64,000 bases of DNA, taken from contig OZ316776.1 of assembly GCA_973851085.1 (NCBI GenBank), positions 13,206,001 to 13,270,000 on the forward strand. The letters are read 5' to 3'. Position numbers and translations under genes: made by a program. Below are positions 54,101 to 64,000 of the stretch, one piece after another; positions within the stretch are counted from its first letter, which is position 1, and each line of letters starts with the position of its first letter. A model generated the notes under the pieces. It did not search any database and was not told where the DNA came from. It saw only the letters and a list, made by a program, of their open reading frames with translations. The stretch comes from Ptychomitrium polyphyllum (Eukaryota).

Positions 54101-54958
54101 GTAAAGACGTAGGTTTTGAAGAAAAAGGAGATGAATGGAGATTGGTGTAGATTGACGCTTCGAGTGGGATGAGAGCCACAACTCTTCCTTGCAGTAAGTG
54201 GCACCTGCTCTGAATGCTGCAAAGAACCAAACATCCTTTGTTGCACTACACTTGCAGATCAATTCAAGGCTTCCAGCGGCTGAACCTGCTCCTAACGTCG
54301 ATGAGGATATTGAATCATCATGTGCTGCCGGAGAAAGGATTATGGGCTCGAAAGTTTGTGAAGTTCCTCAAACCTTGCCAGCTTCAACAACGATGATCAC
54401 AATTGTTGTGTAAACTTTGGTTCCATGGTGGCCCTGTTTTCTGCACTAAGTTATTGGGTGCATGCTGCAATCAAACAGGAGTGATGAATCTTTCCACTTA
54501 TATGAGTACGTATCCAGAAAATCTGGCAACTTATGGGGGTTCAAGACGTATGTAGTGAAACAAATCAGTACCTGAGTATATGGGTCTCTGTAGTTGCCAA
54601 GCTGCAGCAAGCCCATCGCTGATTAGTATGTGTATTTCTTCTGTTTTCCTTATCTTTGTAGGTGCGATTTGGATTGCTGACTCTCGGATCACCTTGGGGT
54701 GAATGACGACTGACTAGGTTGATTGGCACGACTTTAGAAGTGAGAATAATCTACTTATAATATCAGCACACTCAAGTGTCTGAGAAGGGGATGAGCTCAA
54801 ATCTCTAGTGTGTTGTCAGTTACCTAGAATGTTGCTTATCCAGCTTTGAATACAATCCCAGGTCGAAAGCTCTCTGTGCTGGGGGCTGAGCACGGATTTT
54901 AATCCATTCCGAAAGTGTTAACTGCCAGGCTAAGCTGGTCAACAGGGTAGGAAGTTCA

Positions 54959-63080
<8,122 letters not shown>

Positions 63081-63087
63081 TGAGTAA

Positions 63088-63250
63088 TACAATGCATGGT
63101 ACAATGTATATATAATGCATGATACAATGTATATACAATTCATTGTACAATGTATATACAATTTATTGTACAATGTATATACAATTCATTGTACAGTGTA
63201 TATACAATTCATTGTACAATGTATATATAATGCATGGTACAATGCATACA
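63088..63250. repeat. 23-bp minisatellite (TACAATTCATTGTACAATGTATA) x~7
   Basis: Seen directly, immediately after the ABCC stop codon. TAATTAAGTAAGTT occurs three times shortly after (63308-63376). Confidence 0.85.
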
Positions 63251-64000
63251 GGTACCTAGTACATAGTGATAAAAGAAATGTACGGTGGGGTCCAAGAGGA
63301 GATTCCGTAATTAAGTAAGTTACATTTTTGTTCATTCCATAATTAAGTAAGTTGTTCATTTCATAATTAAGTAAGTTAAATAAAGATTCGAATTAAAAAT
63401 ATGTTAAAATGTATATTTTTATAAAAGTAAAAACGAGTTTTTATAGAATGCACCTTATATACTACATTATGGCCAAAACTAATTTTCAACTTCTTATTTT
63501 ATTAAAAATAGGAATTTATCTCTCTCAATGTATAAAATTTGAAAATCATTAATAAATATTGGATATAAATAAGTATTGTAGGACATGTATTGAAATTTTC
63601 TTATCAATTAACTATATACAATCAATTAATACCATCTTTACCACATTTTTGGAAGATGACATAGCATCTTATTTACATGGGTATTATGGTTTTTAAGAAT
63701 TTGCCTATGAATTATTTTACTTTGTTTATTCTAAATAACATTTTTATTTATAAAATTAAACTTTTGCACATAACTTCTATAATACTCCACAAAGATTTAT
63801 ATGTTAATTCTATTAATATATTTGATTATAAAAATAAATGCTTTTAATTTTTATGATGACTTCTATTTGTTAAATTAAAAAAGAATTAATGTACCATTTT
63901 AAAAAAACCACTAGATGAAAACAACCATTTATTTCTCATTAAACTTTGAATCATTGTCATTTATTGATTTAAATATTTTTGTATTGGCATTTAAAAGTTA

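Noticed and set aside
63088..63250. CRISPR-like array
   Set aside because: The units are contiguous with no unique spacers, the context is eukaryotic and there are no cas genes.
63115..63318. Repetitive 67-aa ORF (MYIQFIVQCIYN...)
   Set aside because: Translation of the 23-bp minisatellite.

Overview
Eukaryotic (land-plant, most likely moss/bryophyte) nuclear DNA with spliceosomal genes in GC-richer islands, separated by long, very AT-rich spacers that look like decayed repeats. Eight protein-coding genes can be reconstructed: two co-oriented KUF1/SKIP25-like F-box/kelch genes (-), GDP-L-fucose synthase (-), a large repetitive LTI65/RD29B-like LEA-type protein (+), FKBP12 (+), the NOP9/APUM23 Pumilio protein (-), a GT37 fucosyltransferase (+) and an ABCC/MRP transporter (+). 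There is also a tRNA-Glu(CTC) (-), an L-type-LecRK-like kinase pseudogene (-), a ~220-bp MITE-like inverted-repeat element and several small tandem repeats. I see no convincing wholly new biological system. The most interesting unexplained structures are: a diverged, out-of-frame duplicate of the first exon inside intron 1 of the LTI65-like gene; that gene's modular repeat/exon architecture with a GC-AG intron; the tandem KUF1-like pair; and the proximity of a GDP-fucose synthase to a GT37 fucosyltransferase. Exon boundaries were read by eye, and family assignments come from motif recognition, not database searches.
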